Assembly: GCF_023055435.1 (NCBI RefSeq)
Contig: NW_025963835.1
Coordinates: 27,466,001-27,530,000, forward strand
Source: Haliotis rufescens
Lineage: Eukaryota
Length of the DNA: 64,000 bases
Direction: 5' to 3'
The position numbers and the translations under genes were made by a program. The notes below the pieces were generated by a model. That model was given only the letters and a program-made list of their open reading frames with translations, was not told the DNA's origin and did not search any database. Below are positions 52,777 to 63,710 of the stretch, in pieces; position 1 is the first letter of the stretch; each line of letters starts with the position of its first letter.

Positions 52777-53104
52777 GTAGGATAAATTGTATATAACACA
52801 CGGTGCTTGAAGCTGTCACTGAACATGATAGTTGTGCATTAAAATCTTGATTGAACTTTCACGTTTCTGTGACTACAATCATAAACAGTTAACATTGGGA
52901 ATTCAGAACGGGGTTTTCATAAACTCTTAGCCTTTGCTTGTGTGCAACAATCTAACCTGACCATTCAATTGAAAATATTTTACATTAAAAACCTTTAAAT
53001 TTAAACTTAAAGACAGTGAATTGTCTTAAGGACTAGTTAATTGTGAGTGATCACTAGTCCTTGAGCCTAGTGCAAAAAATATCCTGGTGTCTTGTGCTGA
53101 GTAC

Positions 53105-53563
53105 TAGGGCTGTTACGATTCACTCGCATATATGGGGAATCAAACAGTATCCATTCATGAATTGAATTCGTTATTCATGGCCACTAGAATCGAATATTTG
53201 ATAATATGCAATCATGTGCATTTACAATACATACCTAAAAATATCCATAACAACATATTATATAGATTTCTTCAAAGACAACACTCTTATAATATTTAAT
53301 TTGACAGTATTGTGCTCACTGGTCATTGTTGCATTTGAGCAGATACAAGTACCTGGATAAGTGCAGTATATAAATGTATAATATATTAATAATTAACAAA
53401 CCATGTCAAATAATTTATGTTATTAATATTTATTCACTGAATATAACAAATAATAAATCAACTGCTGGCATGTTATTGTATTCTTGATTTAATATTCGTA
53501 TTCGTTACCCTACATTGGTGATATGAATCGTATTCGCCTCATAGTGTATTCGTTGCAGCCCTA
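53105..53563. mobile_element. hAT-type MITE
   Basis: TAGGGCTG...CAGCCCTA termini and perfect 8-bp TSD CTGAGTAC. Confidence 0.88.
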
Positions 53564-55204
53564 CTGAGTACAGAAACTCCTAACTGTATATACACATCTT
53601 GTACAGAGCAGGATTTTTACAAGGACCCAGAGTTGATCCTGTGGTCAACAGGTACAGCCTCTGGGTCACTTAATGACAAACATGGCAAATTTTCAAAACA
53701 GGGACTCCAAAATATATGCCCTTGGAATGCAAAGAGGGAACAAATATATATATTGTACAAAATTTGGAATTTTTAAAAGTCCTTGTTTCTTTAATTCAGA
53801 GATATAATACAAGTCACTTCTATAAAAATAAAAATCTACAAAGTCAAAATAATAGATATAACTATATATATTTTTTTTTATTAACATGAATAGGGAAAAC
53901 AAGGCTCGCAAAAGTCTTCAAGTTCAACCCAACTTGTCCTGCAGGGCAAGCAACTATTATTTTGTTCTTGTCCTGCAACATTTTCACATGCCCTCTAATT
54001 TTTTCTAAAGTTTTATGTTTTCAGTGATTACCATTTCCTGTAATTAACCATCAAGATGGGGATATTTACGACAGACAATCACTGCCATGTACTGTCATCT
54101 TCACCCACTCAAAGTTGCTCAACCATGCCTCTTGCAGACTTTGTTCGTTTTTTACATTCACATTGTTTTTGACAAAAGTTCCTCTTTTCGGTCTATTTGG
54201 TAATCAAATCATGTTGTTTTTTCTCATCAACCCTACCATCCCTAATTAAAAATGTTGTCCATATCCCTCATAAAATCATTAATTTTTGCTTTGTTATTTG
54301 AGCGTCATTAACGAGTAACTTACAACAAAAATAATAAATATAATTACCTCCCTTTAAAACTACAGCCCTGGGAAAATCTAAATTCCAAGTTGGAAATTTG
54401 TACTGACATTTCAGCAGGTCGAGATAAATCCCTGCAAAAATCATTGTAACTTCTAGTTGTGTGTCGAACGTAGCTGTATCTTGTTGATACATTGTCTATC
54501 ATTTAACAAATAAACAAACAGCACTAAAAACACGAAAAACAGTTTATTTGGAATTTGATCTTTATCATATGATCAAACACAGTTTTGCTTTCGCCTGCCT
54601 GTGTATATTAGTTAAATCGTGTATGATGATGATTCAGACAATATGACGTACTCAGCAATATTCCAATCTCATGTGTTGGGCAGCCTGTCAATAATGGAGT
54701 CTGGACCAGAAAATATAGTGATTGATAGTGTGAGCAACGATCTGATATTAACTGAATCAGAAAGCTTTGAATTTAATTTTTTTTAACATTGGTATTTTCT
54801 CAAAATAAAGACGTGTTTGTATTATATCACAGTATCAATGTTCAGAATTGATATGAACAGAAAAATAACTAATTCTAAAACTAAAGTCAAACTTGTGAAA
54901 AAGAATAAGACACAAAATCCAAATTGTAGCTCATCAACACCCCCTCCAAGGAAAGTCAAACTGTTCTGATAGATGGTAGTTCAACCCATGAAAAGTGCTA
55001 CCAGTGCTGCAAATACGTGTTTAAGTCATGGAGTATTTTACACTCATGCAATCATTCTCATAGAGCTTTTCAGTTTTTCTTAGTGTATTCAACACGTTCA
55101 ATGAAATTGTACTCCCTTCCTTCCCTAGGGTCAAGTCTAAACTATTTCTAAGCATGTTAAAACCAGCAATATATTTTTCAAATTGCTGTCTATGGCAATG
55201 ATTA

Positions 55205-55518
55205 CCGTATTCGACGTAATAAGCACTCCGCTCTAATAAGCGCCCACGGCAATATTTGCTAATATATTAGCTAGTCAACAATCCCAATTAGTACCCCTTC
55301 CGATTGATCAATGTACACAAGACTTATTTATTCATGTATAAAACGCACTCATGTGTTATATGCACATAAATTCTGGAAAAATATAGCTGTCGTATGTAAA
55401 CATTTCAGGCTGCAGCATAATCCACAAAATTTACAATCTTTCACCAAAATAATATTCTAATAAGAGCCCCCTTTTTCTAATTTTGAGAGCCCCCTGGTGC
55501 TTATTACGTTGAATATGG
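55205..55518. mobile_element. pogo-like MITE, copy 3
   Basis: Same TIRs, TA TSD. Confidence 0.85.
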
Positions 55519-57615
55519 TACATGTTTTTACTCAGCCAACTGACAGGCCTTGTTTGGTTTTGGTATCTATAAATGTATATGCAAATACTGTGGTTTTTTT
55601 GTATCATTTGAGGCAAACATTTTTGCACCAACTATGTTTGCTGGACAATTTGCAAGGATTTCCAAAAACTGGATGTGGTTCTCATTTCTAGATCACAACA
55701 GCAAAAAGTAACAATAAATGGGAGGAGGTCCTTTGTACAATTATGGTCAAAGCAGGACAATATTGAATGGAAATATAAACAGACATACAGCAATAAGGAG
55801 TTTCCTTATCAATTATCATCTTATTGACCTCTCTGGAGACACGCAATCTTGATAATATTGCAAATATGCACCAATAACCTGAGAACAAAAAATAGGGGAT
55901 AGGCTTGCCATGTGAATTTTGGGAGGTTCTGTTCTTATGAAGACTTTCTCTGTCCCAAAGACATTTCTTTTCTTAAACCTGGCATAGTGCCAGCAGCAGG
56001 CAAAACTCCCAGAGATTAATCTTGAATTTAAACATTTAACGGAATACCCATGGCCATGATGGCAGAACAAAAACATTTGTTCATGTCATAAATTGATTTT
56101 TATTTTTGTAATGTTCCTCTGTTCATATATATAGAGGTATTCATACCATGCTAACGTCATGAACATTGCATTCCATGCAATAATGTCAAACTCGGTTACA
56201 TCTGCAAAGCAACAACATATCATGAAAAAACTCATAACCTGATTTGTGACATCTTTTATTCCAATTAGGGAATTTTACCAATATTTGATGCCAAATATCA
56301 ACCTCTGAGAAAGCCTAAATAAGTCCCAGACTTTACTCAGAAAACTTCCTGTTATTTTAATCAATCATTAGATCAAGAAGGATTATTGCCTTGTGTGCTT
56401 TTTGGCTGAGTGAAGGACTCCGTACATACAAAAAACGTGCCTCGAGTAGTCATCACCAATAGCAATTCAGACTCAAGAGCCTGGCATTTGCCAATACTAG
56501 ACCATTTATCGTACATGCCTAAGGGTCCTGATGAGAGGGTGGGTTGAGGGAGAGACTGTTGTCAGTTAATTATTTGGTCAATTTACGCTCACTGTAATGA
56601 GTGTAATCCCTAATTTTCACATTTGATATGCAATAATACAGCATAAAATAGACAAAGGTTATGTTATGTTATATTATTATGGTAAATACAGGGGTTATTT
56701 TATGTTCACTATAATGTGATTTTATGCAAGTCATTACCACCCATCAGGAAACTCATGATACTAGAGTATCCCCTTTTTTCAGGTACACAAGTTCTTGAAA
56801 ACGGACTCAAGTCTGAGTAAACCTGATCCGTTATCGAGTTCCCCTCAGAGCACTATCTAAGTGAGAATCTATATACAATGAACATGATGAAGATGATCAT
56901 GTGTGAAAATCCTGATGATGATGCAGTTACAGAAAAAGATGATGCAGTTACAGAAAAAGGGGGGAATATGTACTTTTTGTTCTCTGTACTTTCAAGATAC
57001 ATCAATTTACCTTTACCCATCATGTGACTTTCAGTTCTCTGCTTGCATACATTAGCATGATTAGGTCAAATATCATCATCACAAATGAAGTAGTTAATGA
57101 GACTTCTGAATCTTTCAGTACTCAACAATGATTCAGAGGAGATATAAAAACACAAATCTGAGTTGTCAACCAGAGGAAATATCTCTTTTGAAAATAATTT
57201 GTGAAAAACCGTATTCCAGAATAAATGTAAACAGAAAACACATTCCTGGGACTCTCAAACTGACATGAATGAGTTCAACCAAATCAATGTTAAGCATTTG
57301 GAGCATGAGCACAGGTAGACGACAGAACGTTTCATTCATATGTCCTTAATTCCCTTAGCACGAAACATAGTGGTGCACATAAGCAGAAATGCCCATACTA
57401 ATGCGAAATATCACTTTTCCCAAACAAACGTAGGGGCACTTGTTTCTAAATATAGATGGCCATAATCTGGGTCAATAATTTTGTAGCAATAACAACACTT
57501 ATAATAAGCACTGCAAATGTCATCTGGAGCTGATATTGGGCCTATTGTGTCTCCTTACAATGTTGCATCAAACACAGGACTTTATAAGTCAAACACAACT
57601 TTGATAAACCCTTAC

Positions 57616-57641
57616 CTATCATTTGGTTGTCGCCCTGACAT
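57616..57641 (-). CDS. First coding exon (1a) of the minus-strand gene, MSGRQPND(R); tentatively nuclear receptor corepressor-like
   Basis: AAAATGTCA start, strong AG|GTAAGG donor, phase 2 matches exon 23337-23544; lies in the divergent promoter region. Confidence 0.65.
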
Positions 57642-57848
57642 TTTCAAGTTGCCCTGTCCGCCATTATTTATGACGTCATTTTGCAGTGCAGAGATGAATA
57701 TGATAAATGTAAACACTGCCTAATGAGACACACATTTGATTGATTCCTCACTTTATGTAAATATGATAAATCTACAATAGTGGTATCATTTTATCGCGTC
57801 ATCTGGTCCAACGTATCTGCGGTACTGTTATGTTTACATTCCGAGAAA
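57642..57848. promoter_or_regulatory. Bidirectional promoter shared by MKS1 and the minus-strand gene
   Basis: Divergent ATGs; CpG-enriched; CRE TGACGTCA at 57671; forkhead motifs GTAAACA at 57709 and TGTTTAC at 57831; YY1-like AATGGCGG on both strands. Confidence 0.7.
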
Positions 57849-57925
57849 ATGGCGGATCTTTATGAGCCTGATGTGGGAACTGCATATTACAGATCGAATG
57901 ACTCCATCAAAAACCTACAAATCAA
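57849..57925 (+). CDS. MKS1: MKS1 coding exon 1 (MADLYEPDVGTAYYRSNDSIKNLQIK)
   Basis: ATG in AAAATGGCGG context; resembles the recalled human MKS1 N-terminus (DTGEAVYRSRDPVRNLRLR); GT donor at 57926, phase 2. Confidence 0.92.
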
Positions 57926-58949
57926 GTGCGTCGATTTTGCTCTCTTAGTATACGATCATAGGAACTATGTACTGTGTGTCTGTCATGAAATGTCAATGGC
58001 GTAGTTTCGATAATAAAATTAAGACAAATCAAACTTGTCGAAACTTGATCATCAATAAGGTCTAGGGCCTAGAGATCAATAATCAATCATTTACCATACC
58101 CATCTCTTGTCTTTAGGTTGGCGCCAGACCATAACCCAAGTCAACCCTATCAATGGAGTCTGCCCATACCTTCCATATGTCATGTCAGTTGTTGATGTTG
58201 TTTGTTTCTTTCAGTGTTTATATTAGATTTTAATTTAAAATATATCATTGATGGGTGAATATATGCCTCTCTGTCAGATCTATATAAGGAACTTACAAAA
58301 TTATTTCATGCAGTACATGTAATCTGTTATTCCTTGTAGCTTGTATAATAGAGAGTATTCTCAGATTTTGTGTATTTCCATGCATGATATTTGAGTCAAA
58401 CCAGGTTTCACAACAGTAAATGTTATAGGAAGGATACAGTTGTTTTACAATGCTCTGTTTTATGACTGCAACTCATTACAGCAACACCCATACTCTACCA
58501 CATACATACTACAATTGTAGCACTAAGATTGCTTTGCAGAATTATTCCCTGGCATCAAAATATTTTTTCCAGTTGTAATGTCCTGGTGTTCAGTTGTTCA
58601 GGAGTACACACATTTTCACCATGAGTGAATTTCTAATTGAATATAAATCTGTCTTCAAGTTAATTATCACTCGAACCTGTGAAGTACGTCAAAACATGAT
58701 CTTCCTGAGGTCCACCAAGTGCATGTAAAAAAAATCAATTTGTGTCAGACTAATCCTTACTTGTCCACATAACATCAATTTTTGAACACACTCAGTATCT
58801 CTAAACTTTATTAATCATACAGTATCACTAATTCCTATGGTTATGTGTAATTCATGACGCATGACACAGTCATCAGAGATCTGAGATTTTACTTGGCTAG
58901 ATTAGTTTATCAAGTATGTTTCAAATTTTATTAATTTATTGGACCAGGA

Positions 58950-59785
58950 GCAACCTGGTGCAAGAGATCTTCATGTCAACATGCACCTGGTGCAACTAGG
59001 TCCTCATGTCAACTTGCACCTGGTGCAACTAGATCCTCATGTCAACTTGCACCTGGTGCAACTAGATCTTCATGTCATCTTGCACCTGGTGCAACTAGAT
59101 CTTCATGACATCTTGCACCAGGTGCAACTAGATCCTCATGTCAACTTGCACCTGGTGCAACTAGATCCTCATGTCAACTTGCACCTGGTGCAACTAGATC
59201 TTCATGACATCTTGCACCAGGTGCAACTAGATCATCATGTCAACTTGCACCAGGTGCAACTAGATCTTCATGTCAACTTGCACCTGTTGCAACTAAATCC
59301 TCATGTCAACTTGCACCTGGTGCAACTAGATCCTCATATAAACTTGCACCAGGTGCAACTAGATCATCATGTCAACTTGCACCAGGTGCAACTAGATCTT
59401 CATGTTATCTTGCACCTGGTGCAACTAGATCCTCATGTCAACTTGCACCTGGTGCAACTAGATCCTCATGTCAACTTGCACCCGGTGCAACTAGATCCTC
59501 ATGTCATCTTGCACCTGGTGCAACTAGATCATCATGTCAACTTGCACCAGGTGCAACTAGATCTTCATGTCAACTTGCACCTGGTGCAACTAGATCCTCA
59601 TATCAACTTGCACCAGGTGCAACTAGATCATCATGTCAGCTTGCACCAGGTGCAACTAGATCCTCATGTCAACTTGCACCTGGTGCAACTAGATCCTCAT
59701 GTCAACTTGCACCTGGTGCAACTAGATCCTCATGTCAACTTGCACCTGGTGCAACAAGATCTTTATGTCAACTTGCACCTGGTGC
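58950..59785. repeat. 33-bp palindrome-containing minisatellite in MKS1 intron 1
   Basis: TCATGTCAACTTGCACC(T/A)GGTGCAACTAGATCC, about 25 copies. Confidence 0.97.
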
Positions 59786-59924
59786 CAGTTAAATCAAGTT
59801 CCTTAAATCGAGCCCTGGAGATGATTTACATTCAATCAACCAATTAGTGTTGCACATGTTTGGTAATTGTCTTGTTTATTTATTATTATTTGAGGACAAA
59901 TGAAACTAGATGTTGATGTTGCAG

Positions 59925-60084
59925 AGTTCGGCTGAAGCGAGTGACGTCCTCAAGTATCGTCCCATCCGCAGCAGCCAAAGAACAGAAGGAGGGCAGTGTG
60001 GAGATGGGAGAGATGGGGAAACAGCCCAAGCTGGTGGACGAGGAAGAAATTATCATAAAGTGGCAGGAAAAGATTTTCAGTCAG
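59925..60084 (+). CDS. MKS1: MKS1 coding exon 2 (VRLKRVTSS...DEEEIIIKWQEKIFSQ)
   Basis: ttgcag acceptor and gtgaat donor, phase 2 to 0; matches VHLQRITSS...EEEEIVIGWQEKLFSQ. Confidence 0.93.
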
Positions 60085-60591
60085 GTGAATGTTAAATATG
60101 CACTTGTGATTTGAACCGTATATGACCGAAGATAAGCCAAATTTGATACAGATTTCAAGGACCAAGTTAATACCTCAGTTTATCTATGGTCATATAAGGA
60201 CCATTTCACAAACAGAAAGGACAATGGAGGATCAGGTCCCTTTTGGGCATTGTGAAATTTTGGCGCCTTTGACGACTCGGCCACCAGGAAACGTGAATAT
60301 TAACCTATATATTTGTTGTATGCTGTGGAATTTGTCTTAACTGAACTTGTGTGGTGCTGAAAATTTGGTCATTTTTAGACAGTGGTCTGGATTATTGATA
60401 TTTTAGTTGGAGTTGCTTCCCTTTCTGTCATGATATTTGCGCACAAGATTAATGACAAGTTATTCAAGTGGCAGTTTCCTGGTCTGGTTTTGACAGTGAT
60501 CTGGATTAGTCAGAGCTGTGTTTAACCAATTTCACTGAATTTTCATTTGACTTTGTGTGTATTTGTTTTAAGATGGAGTTTTATATTTCAG

Positions 60592-60674
60592 AGGGAGGTT
60601 GAGTTGTACAACCAAGAGGCCAACTGCTTCAACATACGAGAAAAGACCTACCACGATCAAGTTGTTAAAATCAT
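60592..60674 (+). CDS. MKS1: MKS1 coding exon 3 (REVELYNQEANCFNIREKTYHDQVVKI)
   Basis: tttcag acceptor and gtaagt donor, phase 0 to 2; matches [27 protein letters not shown]. Confidence 0.92.
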
Positions 60675-61324
60675 GTAAGTCACTCTCCCGTTTCTTGATG
60701 AAGAAACTATCCGACGGTTCTGAAGCTTTGTCAGTAAAATGTCCTTGCATGACACCATTTCATGTTTGTCCAAAGACCATCAAGAAAATGATTCATTGTC
60801 ATAACATACTTGTTTATATGCATCAAACCATCCAGAAATCAGACATGGAAAACTCATTGCCAGAAAGTGTCTTGTGTTTATTTTTCAGCTCTATAGTGAG
60901 ATATATTAGTATCCCTGTGTTACGCGTTTTCGGACGCTAAAGAAACGTTCATAGTTTTCTTGCAAATCACAAGAACTGTAAAACACCTTAAACATCTCAC
61001 TCACTTGTAAAAGACAATATTATCTTCAAAACAAGCCATCATCTCAGAATTTACAATGTCTGTGTGATGTCACACCCTTGTTATAGCAGCTGTAATTGTG
61101 ATAAACATGGCCGTCCGAAAATGTATGATGTCCAAAAACCTATAATCCGATGATACTGTACTGGGATGTATTTGTGTGAATATTTGTGCTGAATTCAAAG
61201 GGTCATGTGAGCTTGAATAATTACCTGTCCCTGTATCATGTCTCCATTTTAGAGCTTTTTTCACACACTACTTTGAATTAGAATTAATACCTGAATAATT
61301 TTAAAATTTTAAAATTTAGTTACA

Positions 61325-61460
61325 AGGGGAATAAGGTAAGCCTCCTGGTTACAGTGTTTGCTCATCATGCTGAGGGCCCGAGTTCAGATCCCAATAAGGG
61401 TACAAAATGTCAGACGCCCATTTGCTCAATTCTGGCGTCAACCACCGTGATGTTGCCAAA
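61325..61460 (+). mobile_element. SINE family A, highly diverged (MKS1 intron 3)
   Basis: Colinear GGTAAGCCTCCTGGTTA...GGGTACAA...GCCCATTT...CCGTGATGTTGC. Confidence 0.6.
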
Positions 61461-61538
61461 AATGGCACGAAACCTCACTCTTTCCTCGCTTGTGGATTAT
61501 TCTCTACGTTTTTGAGAGCTGCACTGTTTGTGTTGCAG

Positions 61539-61608
61539 AGAGAGAGGGAAGCCCACCAACCGGATATTCACCTACACTGACGATGACAAGTTCTCACACG
61601 AAGAGGAG
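61539..61608 (+). CDS. MKS1: MKS1 coding exon 4 (ERGKPTNRIFTYTDDDKFSHEEE)
   Basis: ttgcag acceptor and gtagat donor, phase 2 to 0; RIFTYTD motif as in human RRIFTYTDSDRY. Confidence 0.93.
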
Positions 61609-61636
61609 GTAGATGGTTATTTTGTAAACTTAATTT

Positions 61637-62364
61637 CCAGGATATGGATATTGTCCTATTGTGTCTGGGAAATAGATATTGTCCTATTGTGTCTTGGATA
61701 TAGATATTGTCCTATTGTGTCCAGGATATAGATATTGTCCTATTCTGTCTGGGAAATAGATATTGTCCTATTGTCTCTTGGATATAGATATTGTCTTATT
61801 GTGCCAAGAATACAGATGTTGTCCTATTGTGTCTTGGATATAGATATTGTCCTATTGTGCCCAGAATACAGATATTGTCCTATTGTGTCCAGGATATAGA
61901 TATTGTCCTATTGTGTCCAGGATATAGATATTGTCCTATTGTGTCTGGGAATAGATATTGTCCTATTGTGTCTTGGATATAGATATTGTCCTATTGTGCC
62001 CCAAATACAGATATTGTCCTATTGTGTCTGGGATATAGATATTGTCTTATTGTGTATTGGATATGGATATTGTCCTATTGTGACCAGGATATGGATATTG
62101 TCCTATTGTGTCCAGGATAAAGATATTGTCCAATTGTGTATTGGATATGGATATTGTCCTATTGTGACCAGGATATGGATATTGTCTTATTGTGTCCAGG
62201 ATATAGATATTGTCCAATTGTGTATTGGATATGGATATTGTCCTATTGTGACCAGGATATGGATATTGTCCTATTGTGTCCAGGATAAAGATATTGTCCA
62301 ATTGTGTCCAGGATATAGATATTGTCCTATTGTGTCTGGGATATAGATATTGTCCTATTGTGTA
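61637..62364. repeat. 28/29-bp minisatellite in MKS1 intron 4
   Basis: GGATATAGATATTGTCCTATTGTGTC(C/T), about 25 copies. Confidence 0.95.
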
Positions 62365-62749
62365 TAGGTCTTCCGCAACCCATGCTTGCTGTAAAAGGCG
62401 ACTATGCTTGTTGTAAGAGGCAACTAATGGGATCGGGTAGTCAGGCTCGCTGACTTGGTTGATGCATGTCATCGTATCCTAATTGCATGGATCGATGTTC
62501 ATGATATTAATCACTGGATTGTCTGGTCCATACTCAATTATTTACAGACTGCCATCATATAGCTGGTATATTGCTTAATGTGGCATTTAAGAACAAACAA
62601 ACAAACAAAAGCATATGAAAGTTTCCCGATGGTGTGGTTCGTTACTCATAATATCAATCACTGGATTGTTTGGTCCAGACTCAGTTATTTACAAGTAATT
62701 GTCATGAAGCTGGAATATTGCTGAGTGTGGCTTTAAACAACAAACAAAC
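62365..62749 (+). mobile_element. Retroposon family B plus a second 3' fragment (MKS1 intron 4)
   Basis: Body 62365-62609; fragment 62620-62749. Confidence 0.85.
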
Positions 62750-62888
62750 ACGACTTTGTAATCAGTAAGACATTATCTGAGAACGTACCAACTGACATTT
62801 CAATAGACATTTTTCTGCCAGAAATTTTGAAAAACACCTGCTTTTTACAGTTTTTGTGACATTTCTGCATAACTTCCCTTGTCTTTAG

Positions 62889-62995
62889 GCCGTGCAGTTC
62901 ATGACCACATCCAATTCGGAGAGATCCACGATTCTTGCTGAGAAGATGTCCCATGTCCGCCAGCGCAGGGTCGGGGGTCGACAACTCAAAGAGAG
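62889..62995 (+). CDS. MKS1: MKS1 coding exon 5 (AVQFMTTSNSERSTILAEKMSHVRQRRVGGRQLKE)
   Basis: ctttag acceptor and gtgatc donor, phase 0 to 2; matches [23 protein letters not shown]. Confidence 0.92.
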
Positions 62996-63040
62996 GTGAT
63001 CATCATGATTACAGTATAAAATGTTGATTACCCTGGTAAT

Positions 63041-63466
63041 CAGGGTTAGAAATTGGCACTAGTCCTATAGTCCTGACCCGTGAAGATTCCAGGGTAGAAT
63101 AGGTCTTCAGCAACCCATGCTTGCCGTAAAAGGTGACTATGCTTGTCGTAAAAGGCGACTAACGGGATCGGGGGGGCAGGCTCGCTGACTTGGTTGATGC
63201 ATGTCATCAAACCCAATTGCGTGGATTGATGCTCATGATATTAATCACTGGATTGTCTGGTCCAGTTATTTACAGACCGCCGTCATATAGCTGGAATATT
63301 GCTGAGTGCGACGTTGAACAACAAACCAACCAACCTATAGTCCTTGCCAAACTGCCCAATAGTAAAGGTATTCTAGGGACTAGTAAAAATTTGTCATTTT
63401 TAAAGGTTTTGCTATATGTTATCATTATAAGGACCAGTGGACTGAAACTGTTAGTTTCTACCACTG
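63041..63466. mobile_element. Same MITE family, interrupted by a family-B retroposon; in MKS1 intron 5
   Basis: CAGGGTTAGAAA...TTTCTACCACTG with 5-bp TSD GTAAT. Confidence 0.8.
63075..63333 (+). mobile_element. Retroposon family B, double module, nested in a MITE
   Basis: Starts GACCCGTGAAG; perfect 11-bp TSD CCTATAGTCCT. Confidence 0.92.
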
Positions 63467-63578
63467 GTAATACTGAATCATTTTCTTTTCCTTTCATTTA
63501 AGTACTTGGATAATGCTGGATTTCATGAAAATCCATGAGCTTTGTTCAATGTCATTCATTGACAGATTTTGTTTGCAG

Positions 63579-63710
63579 AGGGGTCGGCATAGTCCCGAAA
63601 ATCAACGTGGTAGACGCATCACCATCACAGGATTTGAGGAGGAAGAACCACATCGAGGCTCCCCCGATGGAGGTGATGTACGTCATGGGAGACCTCAGTC
63701 CCAGGGAGAG
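63579..63710 (+). CDS. MKS1: MKS1 coding exon 6 (GVGIVPKINVVDASPSQDLRRKNHIEAPPMEVMYVMGDLSPRE); gene continues past the window
   Basis: ttgcag acceptor and gtgggt donor, phase 2 to 2; matches [28 protein letters not shown]. Confidence 0.92.

Noticed and set aside
55829-55878. Possible small minus-strand exon after a strong ttttttgttctcag acceptor
   Set aside because: Weak donor (GTCAAT), and a 50-nt length would shift the frame; unsupported without RNA data.
58939-59847. 302-aa ORF of HVNLHLVQLDP repeats
   Set aside because: Translation of a 33-bp VNTR, non-ATG start, lying inside MKS1 intron 1.
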